DNA of 63,333 bases, filler included, from Octopus bimaculoides (lineage: Eukaryota): the NCBI RefSeq assembly GCF_001194135.2. It is 8 parts of 8 records of this genome, joined end to end, with 100 filler letters (N's around TTAATTAATTAA, not from the genome) between each part and the next. Parts side by side here need not be neighbours in the genome. Positions count along the whole stretch, not along the records: positions 4,048 to 12,595 come from NC_068987.1; positions 12,696 to 34,968 come from NC_068981.1; 6 more parts are not named here. One strand, 5' to 3'. Positions 12,552 through 25,959 of this stretch are shown here, piece by piece (the first letter of the stretch is position 1; the number at the start of each line of letters is the position of its first letter). Below the pieces are notes generated by a model. That model did no database searches. It was not told the DNA's origin and saw only the letters and a list, made by a program, of their open reading frames with translations. The translations under genes were made by a program, and so were the position numbers.

Positions 12552-12844
12552 GGTGTGAGAGGATGATTAAGCAATAGTTAGTTTAGTATATATGTNNNNN
12601 NNNNNNNNNNNNNNNNNNNNNNNNNNNNNNNNNNNNNNNTTAATTAATTAANNNNNNNNNNNNNNNNNNNNNNNNNNNNNNNNNNNNNNNNNNNNTATGT
12701 TGGAGAAGCAACTCAATTGCTAATCCCTGTATATTTATAATGATAAATAGTCTTACCGATAAAGGTTTTTTTCATACTGAACTACTTGGCAGAATTGTTA
12801 GTTATTAATTCTATTATTAATTGACGATTCTCTGCCCTTATTCT

Positions 12845-12898
<54 letters not shown>

Positions 12899-13179
12899 AC
12901 AATTATGCACGGAGGAATTTTCTGCTAAAATTAACAGCTTACACAACAGTTTAGATTTGGAGTTCATCAGGGATAACTTTCCAGAAAGAGAAAACTGATC
13001 AGATAAAAGTCGAATAAAACATTCAAGTAACAAACAACAAAACATAATCGAAAATGGGAGCACTAAAACAAAAACAAAAACAAAAACAAAAGTAAAGACA
13101 AAACGGAAGAAATGTTGCCAACTAAAAACAATCCAAGGTAAACAAACTCTAACAACTGCAATAACAACATTTAATCAAA

Positions 13180-13252
<73 letters not shown>
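13180..13252. repeat. (ACT)n microsatellite
   Basis: Pure actactact run. Confidence 0.95.
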
Positions 13253-13253
<1 letters not shown>

Positions 13254-14189
13254 AGTGTTTAGTTCCGTGTGTTCGAACATATCTTCAAATTGCTTTGATA
13301 AATTTGGATTATTACCAAGTTTTATTGGATGAAATATTTTGGTTTAGGATAATTTTACTTGCAGGAGAATTCGAAACTTCTAGATGGTTATCCCAGTACC
13401 TGGGGGTATGCGAAAAAGTTTTGCACTTTTAGGCATACCATATGTATTTTACCTTTCGTATTTACATTAATTTCAATCCGAGTTCACTTCTAAAGTAGTG
13501 AGAAACATCCCCAAGGATACTAATACTAAACGTCACGGAAGAAAAAAAAAAAAAAAGGAAGAACAAGCAAAGTTTTTCTGAAGTGAAAAATAAAGCAATT
13601 TGAAGTGAAAATATTAATTTACAAGACACAAAGACATCAGTAACAACAATTATTTTGTTATCGAGACTAGCTGTAAAAGTAGACATTACTAAACTAGTAA
13701 AGAAAAAAACTAACATCACGAAGCGTAAGTGTTTCTTTGTCAAAGGGTTTTAGAAAGGAAGCATCTCAGCCTTGCGAAAAGAAGAGGGGCTCTCAGTTGC
13801 TCTCTAAAACAATGGTTGAGAGCGACCCTAAGCAATGTATGAAACTACGAGGAGGGGGTGGCTGAAATGTTCCTGACTTTAAGGGTAACGTGGAGGCTCA
13901 ACCTTTCGAGTTCTTTGACAGGGCTTAGAAAAGCTGAAAGACCGCTGCAATAAGTGTGTGTATCTGAGAGGGGAATATATTGAATAAAATTAATATTGAA
14001 TAAAATTAATATATTGAATAAAATTAACTGATCCTCCTGTATTTTCTTTTACCCAACGCCAAGAACTTTTCAGCACCCCTGGTATGTTTTGTTTTGTGGA
14101 CCGAAATAGGACATATAGGAATGTGCAATTATCTTCAAAGAAGAAAGCAAGACAAGACAAAAAACAAAGCTGGTGTGTTACACATTTTC

Positions 14190-14460
14190 CTACAAAGTAG
14201 TGAGCTAATACATGGGACACCGGAACAAGGTGGAAAGCATTTGTTGCAACTGTAGCCCTTGACTTGTCGGTACTTTGTGACATAGTAGAGATAGGTGGTA
14301 AGAGAAAAGGCATGAAACGTGCTGGTGATCCTCGACGACCACATAATCTTGGAGTTGTATCAAACTATGAGTGCTTACAGAAAGGCGTCAAGACTGGTGG
14401 TGAATGGCAGATATCACAGCTATTACATACATGTAACCGTAGGAGTTTCTTGAAAGCTTT
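14190..14460 (+). mobile_element. Highly decayed LINE reverse-transcriptase fragment (CR1/I-group-like)
   Basis: ATVALDLSVLCDIV resembles VALDISKAFDRV, and RKASRLVVNGRYHSYYIHVTVGVS resembles R.Q.VVVNG..S....V..GVPQ, in different frames. Confidence 0.4.
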
Positions 14461-15385
14461 CCACCCGGATGAGATAGAAAGGCAAAGGAAGAGAAAAAAA
14501 TAGGCACTTATAGAGACAGTAACAACAGCAAGGCCAAAAATACTATTGTTTCCAGAGTAACGTTGAACACAGTTCTGAACCGAAAACCTTCACTTTCTCC
14601 CTACTGTCTGGAGCCGAAAAGTAAGAAGTCGAACGGCCAACAGTACTACCATTGCTGAGTTTTCAAGCGTTAAGCAGTAAACGGAGGCTGTAAAGCGATA
14701 TAAAACTGTCTCCAAAGAAGAGGGAAAAGAAGAAAGAACAAAATTAATTGAAAACAAAGGTAAGAGCAACGAAGAGGATACACTTTATTTCGAAACGACA
14801 GTTGTGCGAACTATCAACGAATATTTAACAGGAATAAATGATATCATGTAACAACAATGTCAGAGCTATATACAGAGTGAAGAGGAGGAAATAGATTGGG
14901 GAACTAAAAAAGGACACATAGATGATAAGCAATTGGTGTAAACCACATCGATGGTCTCACGTTAGTGAGGCTGGAACGACTAGAGGGAGCGGGATGCTTT
15001 TTGCTTCGTCCAACACAAAGAATGCTCACGAATACATTTGGATATATCATGCTATAGTAGAAGGCTGTAGGAGTCGCTGCCGGGTGCTTCGATTCAATCA
15101 AGATAGCGTTTACGCACCCATATGTGGGTGGTTTGTCCTTATTTGCTTTCTATCATATTCATCCATTTGTATTTGCAAATACATATATTTCATTCATTTT
15201 GTATAGTTTATCTGTGTTATATTTCCGACTTTTAATATATCTTAATACGTTGTATCAAGTTTTTACCTCCACTCTTCGTTTTATATAACTATGTATATAC
15301 ATCCCCATAGGACTTCGTAAGAGGTTTTGTAACACATTGCTTTATGTATGTATGCATGGTCCCCGGTGGCAAAACAAAAGAAAGG

Positions 15386-15386
<1 letters not shown>

Positions 15387-15457
<71 letters not shown>

Positions 15458-15760
15458 ATTATTATTATCTTATCTGTAAGTAGCAGCTTTACTNNNNNNN
15501 NNNNNNNNNNNNNNNNNNNNNNNNNNNNNNNNNNNNNNNNNNNNNNNNNNNNNNNNNNNNNNNNNNNNNNNNNNNNNNNNNNNNNNNNNNNNNNNNNNNN
15601 NNNNNNNNNNNNNNNNNNNNNNNNNNNNNNNNNNNNNNNNNNNNNNNNNNNNNNNNNNNNNNNNNNNNNNNNNNNNNNNNNNNNNNNNNNNNNNNNNNNN
15701 NNNNNNNNNNNNNNNNNNNNNNNNNNNNNNNNNNNNNNNNNNNNNNNNNNNNNNNNNNNN

Positions 15761-15806
<46 letters not shown>

Positions 15807-16108
15807 TTGGCTATGTTAGTCAATAATACTGATATGACGCTACTGAGTGAAATGTCTTACTTTTCGAGGTGGAAGGCGAAGATGGTTTCTACAGAATTTC
15901 TTGTGTTTGTTATGTGTTTTTCTATGTGTTAACATGAGATGCAGGAAATGTATTCTACACTGTATTGGAAATGCCATACTATATGAAATCATCATCATCA
16001 TCATCACTCTTCTTCTTCTTCTTCTTCTTCTTCTTCTTCTTCTTCTTCTTCTTCTTCTTCTTCTTCTTCTTCTTCTTCTTCTTCTTCTTCTTCTTCTTCT
16101 TCTTCTTC
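15387..16108. repeat. Microsatellite cluster: (ATT)n about 15387-15468, (AG)n 15761-15802, (CAT)n+(CTT)n about 15987-16108
   Basis: Read directly. These runs produce the poly-I, poly-L and RE-repeat ORFs. Confidence 0.95.
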
Positions 16109-16739
16109 TGTTAACAGAAATCGCCTGTCACATTGCTCTGGCAGTTTTGAGAATAGTTGTTGTTTGTTTAGGGTGTTCTTTTATTGTTGTATTACACTTT
16201 TATTGTGTTGCGGAAGTGGTTGTGAGAAGAGTGGAGTGGTCATTTTCTTGTCCGTCCCAGATAAGGAGCGGTATTTGTTTTAAAAACAATTTCTGTTTAC
16301 ATTTAATATTGAAAAAAAAATTACAAAAATTGCAAATGGCGTCGTTTAACGGAAAAAGACAGGAGAAGTAGGGGAAACCTTCATTATCACATTTATGAAT
16401 GAAATTCCACCCCCATCTGGTTTAAGTGTTTAAAAATAATAATAACACAACCACCTCTGTTACCGTTACCTCTGACCATATTAGCAACACCAACAACACT
16501 AGTACATCGAGTAGCAGTAACAGCAACAACAACATCAATACTTCTGTTATAAGTACAAAGTAACATGAGCGCCATTGCAGGATTAATCATTGCACTTGGA
16601 ACTCAGAACCTAGAGCGTGAAGTTCACTCTGAATGCTATCGTAGTTCGCTGGACCCAGAACGCTGGCCGACAGTCCCATTAAAATGCGTAGGTTATGCTT
16701 CTTTATGTGGATAAGAAATAAGACGAGATTACGAGCCTG

Positions 16740-17340
16740 AGAGGGGGATATCTCTGAAAGATCAAGTAGAGGTGGCGAACAAATACACCAGCTCCGTTAC
16801 TTATTACCATGTGATATCGTGTCTTGCGTCAGTTTCTATATGAGTAGAACTGTTAGCCGCTTGTCAGGTATGTCTTTCCGCAATTCGCATCTTCGACAGA
16901 ACTGCATTTCTGCGAAAGTTCAGCGAAGGTCAAGCAAAGGTCATGTTGGCCGGTGCTATGTCAAGACTTGTACTCTGAGCGGACAAGGGCCATGAAATTC
17001 TAGGACAGCTTTTTTAGGCGTTGGAGAAAATAAACCGTTCAGTGTATTCCGGACATAAACTCATCAACTAGTTCTACAAGAATATTAGCAGCTTGATTAA
17101 ATTTCATAGGCACGAAAATGCCGTGAACCGAGCATGTCTGAGATAGCCCCAGAGCGATGAAATCAATCTATAGTATTTGTTCAATATTTGAACTTGCTGG
17201 CATGTAATGTAAAACAGCACACAAAGAATCCGGTTATCAATAAAGACGATCGTCTCGCCTGTCATTTTTGTTACGGAGAATGATTTCAGGATAATAACAT
17301 GCTAGAGACCTTACGACATGTCTATATGCTAAAGTTTCAC
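16740..17340 (+). mobile_element. Decayed Tx1/L1-clade LINE, post-RT region
   Basis: SLKDQVEVANKYTSSVTYY resembles LSL.GR.EV.N.YI.S.IYY. Further on, CHFCYGE...ETLRH resembles the CxxC..ET..H zinc knuckle. Confidence 0.45.
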
Positions 17341-17829
17341 AGTATTTTATTATTGTCACTTTCTAAGATAAGTGAAGATTCATATGAGTGCCGCTAGACT
17401 TTTCTCGAAGTTTTTTTTGAAAATTGCTTACTACGTTATTCTGTCTCCAAATATATTTTGTGGAACTTAGTGTTGGACATCTTGATACATCTTGATGCAT
17501 TGCCTCAGAATTTACACTACACATGGAAGTTACCATTCATTTTGTAGGAATTGTTGCTATATTTTTTCAATATATCAAGTGGTGATGATCTGTTCGTGTA
17601 TTGCGAAAATCGTCGCTTTTATTATCCTCATTCAGGATGGATTTGCACTGCAACATCCAAATATCGTGAACTCTGGCATTGTTAAAACAATCCTTTATGG
17701 TCGATCACCCCGATTGACTAATGTACCATCAGAATGTTTGTTTTGCTGCCGGTTTCGGTACAGACTTTTGCTGATCGAAGTCTGTTTTTTTTTACTGAGA
17801 ATTTTATTGCAGCGTACATAATTAATTTG

Positions 17830-18830
17830 CTTCGTTCGTTTTTCTATCATAGTCAATAAGAGCATGGGTCAGGCTTCCCGTGAGCTCTCTGACGTTGAGT
17901 AATCTGTTATTAAATCTCTTGTTGATATCCTTACATATTGTGTAGTATGTAATGCTTTGTAGTAGCTTTCTCGCAGTCCAAGCAACAAAATTTAGTTCAG
18001 TCACTCACCACTCTAATGTCACAGTACCATATATTATAGCTGGAAATGCAAATGTCTTGATAGCAAAGATAGAAGTTTTGACTCAGTCAATATATTCATT
18101 ATATATTCTTGTTCGTACAGAGTTTTACTCTCATCTATACTCATATATTATGTATATTGCATGACGTAGGTTTTTTAGAGTTCATCTATTACCTCCCCTT
18201 CCTAGAATTCCACATCGTCAAATTCAATAGCCAGTTTATCAAGTTTCCTTGTCAGTTTTTTCCCTTTTTTCAGTCGAAAGGACATCTTAAATCTTGCTAA
18301 ATTGGTTAACGATGATGTAAAATCTCTCAAGCTGGTAACCATTTGCCACATACAGTTTTAAGCTATCCATGAAGAAGAAATGAAAGATGGGACCTTTCTT
18401 CTCTCTCTCCAAATTTCAATTTCTTTTTATTAGCCAACTGAAAGGTAAATAGCATACGATAAAATGAGAACTGTAAGTATTGTCGTATTGTCCCTTTGAA
18501 ATATTTCAATAACTATGAGGCTGGAACTTGCGTCAATGGCGCTGTTGTTTGCTTGTAAGAGCTGTCATTGTTGTTTTAACGATATCCACTAGGGTATCGT
18601 CAAATTGATTTGCTTCTGATTCGGTGGTTAGCCAGTTTGTGAGAACGTTTCTAAAACTTTCTTGTAATCGATGCAGACACAAGACAGGCTGCTTTTTGTA
18701 CATTCACGTCATCCTATATTATTTTGTTGAGAATTAATTGACAGATTGTCCAAAGTATTCAACAAAAATTACATTGCTTTTAGCAAATGTTCAGTCATGC
18801 TATTAGATACCAGAAGTAAACTAAAACAAT
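17830..18830 (-). mobile_element. Decayed R4/Dong-clade LINE RT fragment
   Basis: Minus-strand motifs in the expected order: SLSCVCIDYKK, IFQRD, HFFFMDSLKLYVANGYQL (YMDD region), AIKTFAFPAIIYG..EW..EL...TARKLL. Confidence 0.75.
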
Positions 18831-21289
18831 ACTGGATGAAGCTAATGTACAAAAAACAAATAAACGAGCCTATCTAGTGGTTCGGTTTTAGGTATAAAAA
18901 ATATTATTGCTTAAATTTAAAAAAAAATAATACTGCTGTGTCAGAGTGTTTTTTTAAAGAGAATAGTAATGAAACCCTGTTTATTAAAAGTGTTTGGATT
19001 TATGGTAATTATTGTCATTAATCAAACAGAAATAAACAAAAAAAAAACACAGATTTCTACTGTTGTATAGCGATATACATACATACACACATACATACAT
19101 ATACACATACCCGATATTTACATGCTATTATTTATAGCTTTATATGTACTTCGCGATCCAATATTAAAAAGATATATANNNNNNNNNNTATATATATATA
19201 TATATGTAATTTCAATAGGGAGCAAATAATTCAGGTAAAAATAATTTGCGAAGATATCATTGAATCTATTATCATTATTATTATCTAGTGTAACAATTTA
19301 AAAATGATAATAACAGAATCAATAATATAGGCGATTGATGTATGATTGAATAGTTAACTCTCACGTTCATAACACAGGCATTTGAATTAATTTTCACAAT
19401 CCAGCCGTCCTTTCACACGGAATTTCGTCCTTTTCTAAAGTCAACACCCTGAAGTGACTTTATACATAATGGAACTGTGATTATGTTTATCAGAAAAAAT
19501 ATATAAAAATCGAAGCAATTTGTTGGCTTTTTATGGTTTTTATAATTATTTATGTTATATAATATTATTTTATGTTATATATTATATTCATAGTATTTAA
19601 TGTAATATTGTAATATAAATGAATTATTGAATTGTCAATAGAATATTTCTTTATTTAAAATATTTTTAATGTGTATATTATCAATCAAAATTAAGGATAA
19701 AATCCATATAGGATTTTATCAATGTAACTAGCATGTAAAAATCAATTAAGGTAAAAATTAATACAAAGTATTCAATTCTATAAATATTATTGTTAAATTA
19801 TAATATAGGCTGTTACAAGTTAATGCCACAGGCAAAAAAAAAAGAAGAAAGATGCCAAATGGCTCTAAACTGCCTTATCTATCACATAGACACGTGCTGA
19901 AAGCAAGAGAGTGAAAAAAAAGTTTCTTTGAAAAAGTTTAATTATATATCGATAAATTTCAGGCGTAGTAATGTAATACACTCTACCATCCGCAGTATGA
20001 CATAACCGAAAGTACATAATTATAAACATTTATACATACGAACACAGCGTACCCACAGTACATATACAAATGTTCACTCTTATATACATGTCAAAACTCT
20101 AGTCCGTTCATCTCAGCCATGTGTGAATAACCAAACTGATTCAGCAGTGAATAAATTTTGGTTTAAGTGAACTCATATTTATATACTGAAACATTAATGT
20201 TTTTAGGTCTTTCAATTTTTCTCAACTGATCAATAGACCAATTGAGTAAACTTATCAGTAATGTAACTACAATGACTACTGAAACAGCTGTAAGCCAAGT
20301 TTACTGTAATAAAGAGAATTTGTAATGACCTTTATTTGTCTTATATATATATATATATAGATAAATATATATATATATATATATATATANNNNNNNNNNN
20401 NNNNNNNNNNNNNNNNNNNNNNNNNNNNNNNNNNNNNNNNNNNNNNNNNNNNNNNNNNNNNNNNNNNNNNNNNNNNNNNNNNNNNNNNNNNNNNNNNNNN
20501 NNNNNNNNNNNNNNNNNNNNNNNNNNNNNNNNNNNNNNNNNNNNNNNNNNNNNNNNNNNNNNNNNNNNNNNNNNNNNNNNNNNNNNNNNNNNNNNNNNNN
20601 NNNNNNNNNNNNNNNNNNNNNNNNNNNNNNNNNNNNNNNNNNATATATATATATATATATATATATATACGTGTGTGAGCGTGTGTGTGTGTGCATACTA
20701 TTGTTAAAACAACGAACACACTCCACCATATTTGTAGAAGATATATACAAGTACACATTGTAAACTTCTTAATCCACTCAACAACTCTCTTCCCTCTATT
20801 TAAATCCTTTTTATAATGGAAGCTTAACTCGTACCCCCTCCATCTCCATACCCAGTCTTTTACACTGCTCCAGTAATTAGTTGTTTGCTTCAAATACACA
20901 TATATACATACATATACACATGCACATCTAAGTTTACTGTCTGAGAAATGTAATGCGGCTATACAGTATAAACGTTAACGTAAGTTCATATAGGATATTC
21001 ACAGCAACTTTTGTTTGACTAATGAGTACTTAGTTTTAATGTAAGGATATTTAATTCCGGAAATATTCTGCTGAAATGGTGAAATTTGGCAACTCTGGCT
21101 AATATTTCACGATAAATTTCAATTACAGATTAGGTAAGAATGGATGTGATTGTAGTTATTGCAAATAATACACAATATTGGTGTTAAATAGCTCAATGAT
21201 TCATAATGCTTGCTGAGTGAAACTAAATATTTTGGACATCTATAATTTTCTATAATCAACAAATCCCACTTTATTTAAATCCCAAATGG

Positions 21290-23217
21290 ATAAATGATTA
21301 AGAAAATCAATACGCAGAGACCAAACATCGCGAACGAAAACGATGTTACTCAACTTGAGTTTACTGCCAGTTCCTCTTCGAAAACAACATCGAAGCTGCA
21401 ATTTGCACAAAGTTAAAGCAATTGAATAATAAAATATAATGAAACCTTCGTTGTTTACTGCCCAGTTTGACTTGAACAGTAATAAAACTGACTGTGTGTT
21501 GAATGTGAAAATGTTTTTAATAATATCAGTTTATCTCCAGCTCGACTAGAATGGCATTTCAAGATAATTTCTTTTAAATGCAAGGATATTTTTAAAGGAA
21601 TCAAGGGCATGCCCCATTTTCGTTAATAATGTGAAAAAATATTTTACTTGCATTGCATTGGTTACTGATTAGCAAAGACAGGTGACAAACATGCTATCAC
21701 AGAAAGCTTAAGGCTTTGAGCAAAAGATTCGATGAAATGATGATAGATAAAAATATGCAAAAAATTTTGATAATGTATTAACTTTTTATGAACTAAAGCT
21801 GCAGTTTGAAGATGTATTCATGGAATGTTAAATAACTGTGAAACTGAGACGTGTTAAAAAGAAAACAGAAGCTGGCATTTGGCAATTCAAGCTAATATTA
21901 CACGGTAATTTTTAATTGCTTTCAGTTTATGTAACAATAAATAGTGCACAATATTGGTGTGAAATAGTTTAAGGATTTTTATAATGCATGCGTAGTGAAG
22001 ACGTGGTTAAGGTCACATCTTCAAATGGATGAATCAATGGATGTTGCTGGTTTAGCAGTTTTGTTTGCGCTAAAGGCTGCATTTATGAAGATAGTATTAA
22101 TTTGTCGTGTCGGTCTTTGGAGATATCATGCTACACCGGGAACAATATTTAATTTAATTTATTTCTGCACAAAAAAGAAAAAATTCACGGTAACTTCACG
22201 AATACTTGTATTGATGGAGCTGCGGCTATGATAGGGAAAATATCCGATACGGCTGCAACAATAAAAAAGAAAAATTCAGTCAGAATGTTGATGGCATCCA
22301 CTATAGTTTTTTACCGTCAAGCATTAATAGTGAGGTGTATACTTTAATATCTGAAAGAAGTTGTAAATGCTATTATAAAACTGGTCAGTTTTATTAAACC
22401 AAGACCAGAAAATGCAAGAAGTTTCCGTTTATTATGTGAAAATATTGGAAATCTGCATGCAACGCTATTACTACATCATGAAGTGCAGTGATCATTGCAA
22501 TGAAAAGTGTTTAGTACAATTGCGTGAAGGAATTGGGTTATTTCTGTCCTAACATCTTTTTGAACTTTCAACCGCACAAAACGATCATTGTTGGATGGAA
22601 AAAAAGATGGCGTATGTTTCTGTGATATATCCACTTACTAAAATAAGCTTAATCATGCAATGCAGAATATAATATAGCATGTTTCAATGTCGAAAATAAA
22701 TTAAATGCACTTAAGTGTAAACAAAAACTCTGGGATGCTTATGTAGCTTAGGATGATATAGAATGTTTCGAAAATTTTAGTGAATTTTTAAACTATCAAA
22801 CAGTTTCCCTAAGCCAAAATAAAAGATTCAATTTAGCAATACCAGTATTTTCCAGTTAAAACTTAGAGCCAACTTTGGGTAAAATACCCATTTGCAAACT
22901 CGTTAAACTTAGGAAATCTTTTACGTGAAGAAAATAACAGAAGATAGACTTTACAACAGATTTTATCCATGGCAATATCTGTTTAATGGGTTTGCGCTTG
23001 TACGCGCTTGTGCTTATGTGAAACTGCACAAGCGTATAATCTTTATTTTCTAGCATGTATATAAATATATGTTTATGGCATACCTTTCACATGAAAGGCA
23101 TTTACAAAAATAGTAGAAACAGACATTAGAAGCTGACTTGCGGTTACAAGTGCTATCCATAATTTCAAAGACTAAGACATGATGTAACCCGAAGCAGGTT
23201 CATCTAACAAACTGATT
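21290..23217 (+). mobile_element. Near full-length fossil hAT transposase, Buster/Charlie (ZBED5-like) group
   Basis: BED finger CVEC..F.NISLSPARLEWHF; LQMDESMDVAGLAVL; CIDGAAAMIGK; LKEVVNAIIKLVSFIKPRPENARSFRLLCENIG.LHATLLLHHEVQ; LEADLRLQV...KQVH. Many stops and frameshifts. Possible right end ttgaaatccctg at about 23402-23413. Confidence 0.85.
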
Positions 23218-24594
23218 TCTGAAGTTTTACTAATGAAGTTGGGTTTCTGAAACTACTAATGTTAGAAAGATATCTAAATAATCTAGCATAATGTTATTTT
23301 AATACTCATTTTCAGCATGGTTATAATAATTATATTTGCAGCTGTCTTTTAGGTTCCAAAACATTTCTGCTAATATATAGCATTCCATGAATTCGAAACG
23401 TTTGAAATCCCTGTCTATAGATAAAATATTTACCGCCAGTCAGTTTTTACTGTCTTGCAGCAGACAGATCTATAAGACAATCAAAATATGACAGGAGGCG
23501 GTAAGAAAAATCTCGTATGTAGTCTCAATGAGGACATAATTAAAACGATAAGAGCTGTTTGGTAAATTAGATTATTCGAGGTTGCTGAGAATCCGTAAAA
23601 GATAATGGAGACTAAAGTAATATTAATAAATATCTCTCATTAAACACCATTACGAGCTCCAACGCACTAAGATAGCAACAGCTCTATCTGCCTCATATCT
23701 CATTCTATTGTTTTGAAAATAAAGGGTGCGTTGGGCAATGTAGTCTGTCTTTGATTCTGGTCTGCTCTCTCAAAGACGACCCGGAGTAAAACAACTACAA
23801 CAGTGTCATCAACAACTGCCATTGTTACTAGGAAATGTTTCATGGAACTAGACGTTAAACAGTTTAGAAGAGTGGTCTTCCTGCGCCTATTCTAGATTGG
23901 TTGTCTCTATATCTAACAAAGCTTTCACTGATTGGAGAATCCAAACTAAGACTTTCACATTATCGACCAACATCATGTTATATAGTGCACTTGCTACTGA
24001 ATTCCGTCGGAGGAATGTTAATGTGTAGTATCTTACAATGGCACTAGTGCTGACTTCCTCAGGATCTGATTTCTTGTTCTGCTGCATTGGATGAATACAT
24101 TTATATACAACCACAGAGAAAAAAAATCTGGTGAGCAAAAATATATAAATAAATAAATGTAATGTAATGTGGATTGTAAATTGATATATTTTAAGTCAAA
24201 AATATTTCTAACTTTTCTTCTATAAATTAATTGGCAAGTTTTAATTACTGAAACATTTTTTAAACTCTGTCTGATTATCTTCAGGCAAAAAAAACAAAAA
24301 AAAAACAAACAAACAAATATACGAAAGAACAAACTTAAGGCAAAAAATTAATAGTATGATTTATCACCTTTACTAAAAAATATATTTTTGATGATACAAA
24401 AACTGTTTCGAAATCTGTGATACTTCAAAATATAATATTCTACAATGTTGATGTACTATAACTAAGTCTCTATCAAGACCATTATTTAATGTATTTAAGG
24501 CGATTGTGTGACGGATATGGTATCATGCTGGGCTACATGTCAAAATAATTCTTTCTACTATAGGTACTTGGCCTGAAAGTTTTGATGGGACACA

Positions 24595-24755
24595 GCTAGT
24601 CAATTGCATTGACTTCAGTCCTCGACTGGTACTTACTTTATCGATCCAGAGAGAATGAAAGGCAAAGTCATTCTCGCCGGTATTTGAAATCAGAACATAA
24701 AGAGGACGAAATGCTGCTAAACATTCTGTCCAGCGTGCAAACAACTCTGCCTTCT
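24595..24755 (-). mobile_element. Old SINE family A copy
   Basis: actggtacttactttatcgatccagagagaatgaaaggcaaagtc...atttgaaatcagaac aligns by eye to the family A body. Similar old copies lie at about 12068-12185 and 30060-30150. Confidence 0.7.
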
Positions 24756-25959
24756 AACCACCTTAATATATTTAATAATGTAAACCAAAACAACTTTGAT
24801 TTCAACAGTATCAGGGTTGTTTTTCTGATTTTTCATTCATAATCGATAAACACTGTTAGAAATGAAATTGGTAATTGGGACAGTTTAACCTACGGCACTC
24901 CTATAATAGTAGCTTTGTAAATATGTAAGGACATTAAATTTTATATTTTGTACTTAAGCCTCGTGAAAGAAAGGATGGCTACCGGCAAAATTATATAATA
25001 TCGATATAGTATCGATATAATATCGTTGTGCATAACCAAACAAAACATCATTCTCTTGATGGTACTGGTACTCTCCTGACCAAGCCATAGTACAAAACAA
25101 CTTTGATTTATTTTGGATTGGAAAATATTTCATACGACTTCTATTAATGCCAAAGGAACCGAATGCAAGTCATTCATCTTATCATCTTACTATCATCTGA
25201 ACTTCTCAGATTTTATGACTATGATAGGAAAAACACTTCGAATAACGCAAGATTCTAGAAGTAAATCGTTTCTCCTACCATTATCATTTCACCGAGTGGA
25301 GCAATTTTAATTTACCCCTTTCTATATTATATATTATATATACATAACTACACACACACGCACACACACACACATACACACACATCTACGCGCGCGTGTG
25401 TATATTTTTACATATATACATTATATGCATAACTTCATGTACTTTACTGTTATCTGCATTACTCCATAATATACATTATAAACACTTTAATCTCTATGCT
25501 TTTCCCTCCTGTATACATTTATATAAAATCATTAAGTTAATGACTATACTTCTTAACAAACTTAGCATTTACCCAGGACACCTCCATGAAGATGAAGTCT
25601 TCAACTGGGTACATACCATCCACATCATTTGAAGCGCACCCATATCCATATTCATGTATACTAAAGCCTTATTTGAGGGATACTACGGCTTTTTCTGAAA
25701 GTAGATATCAAATTACTAACATTGATCTGTAATTCATTTCCTCAGTGAATACTTAATACTGACCTCTGAGAGACTATTTCGATATTAATTTCTGCTTTAT
25801 AATATTTTTCACGTTGGAAGTCTCTAAGTGCTGGTTCGAATTGCTAGAAACAGCATCCAAATCTCCTTTAGATAAAACTCTACAGCCTTGAAAAATGACA
25901 CACTGAGTAGCTTATGTCATCCTAGATGCATAGCATTATTTGAAAAAAAATTAATAAAT

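Noticed and set aside
15847-16371. Poly-Leu/Ile, HT/YI/CV and poly-Val/Gly ORFs
   Set aside because: These are translations of microsatellites, with no splice or domain support.
17730-17800. Hammerhead motif on the minus strand (cgaaaccggc)
   Set aside because: The CUGANGA core and GUH triplet are not recoverable.
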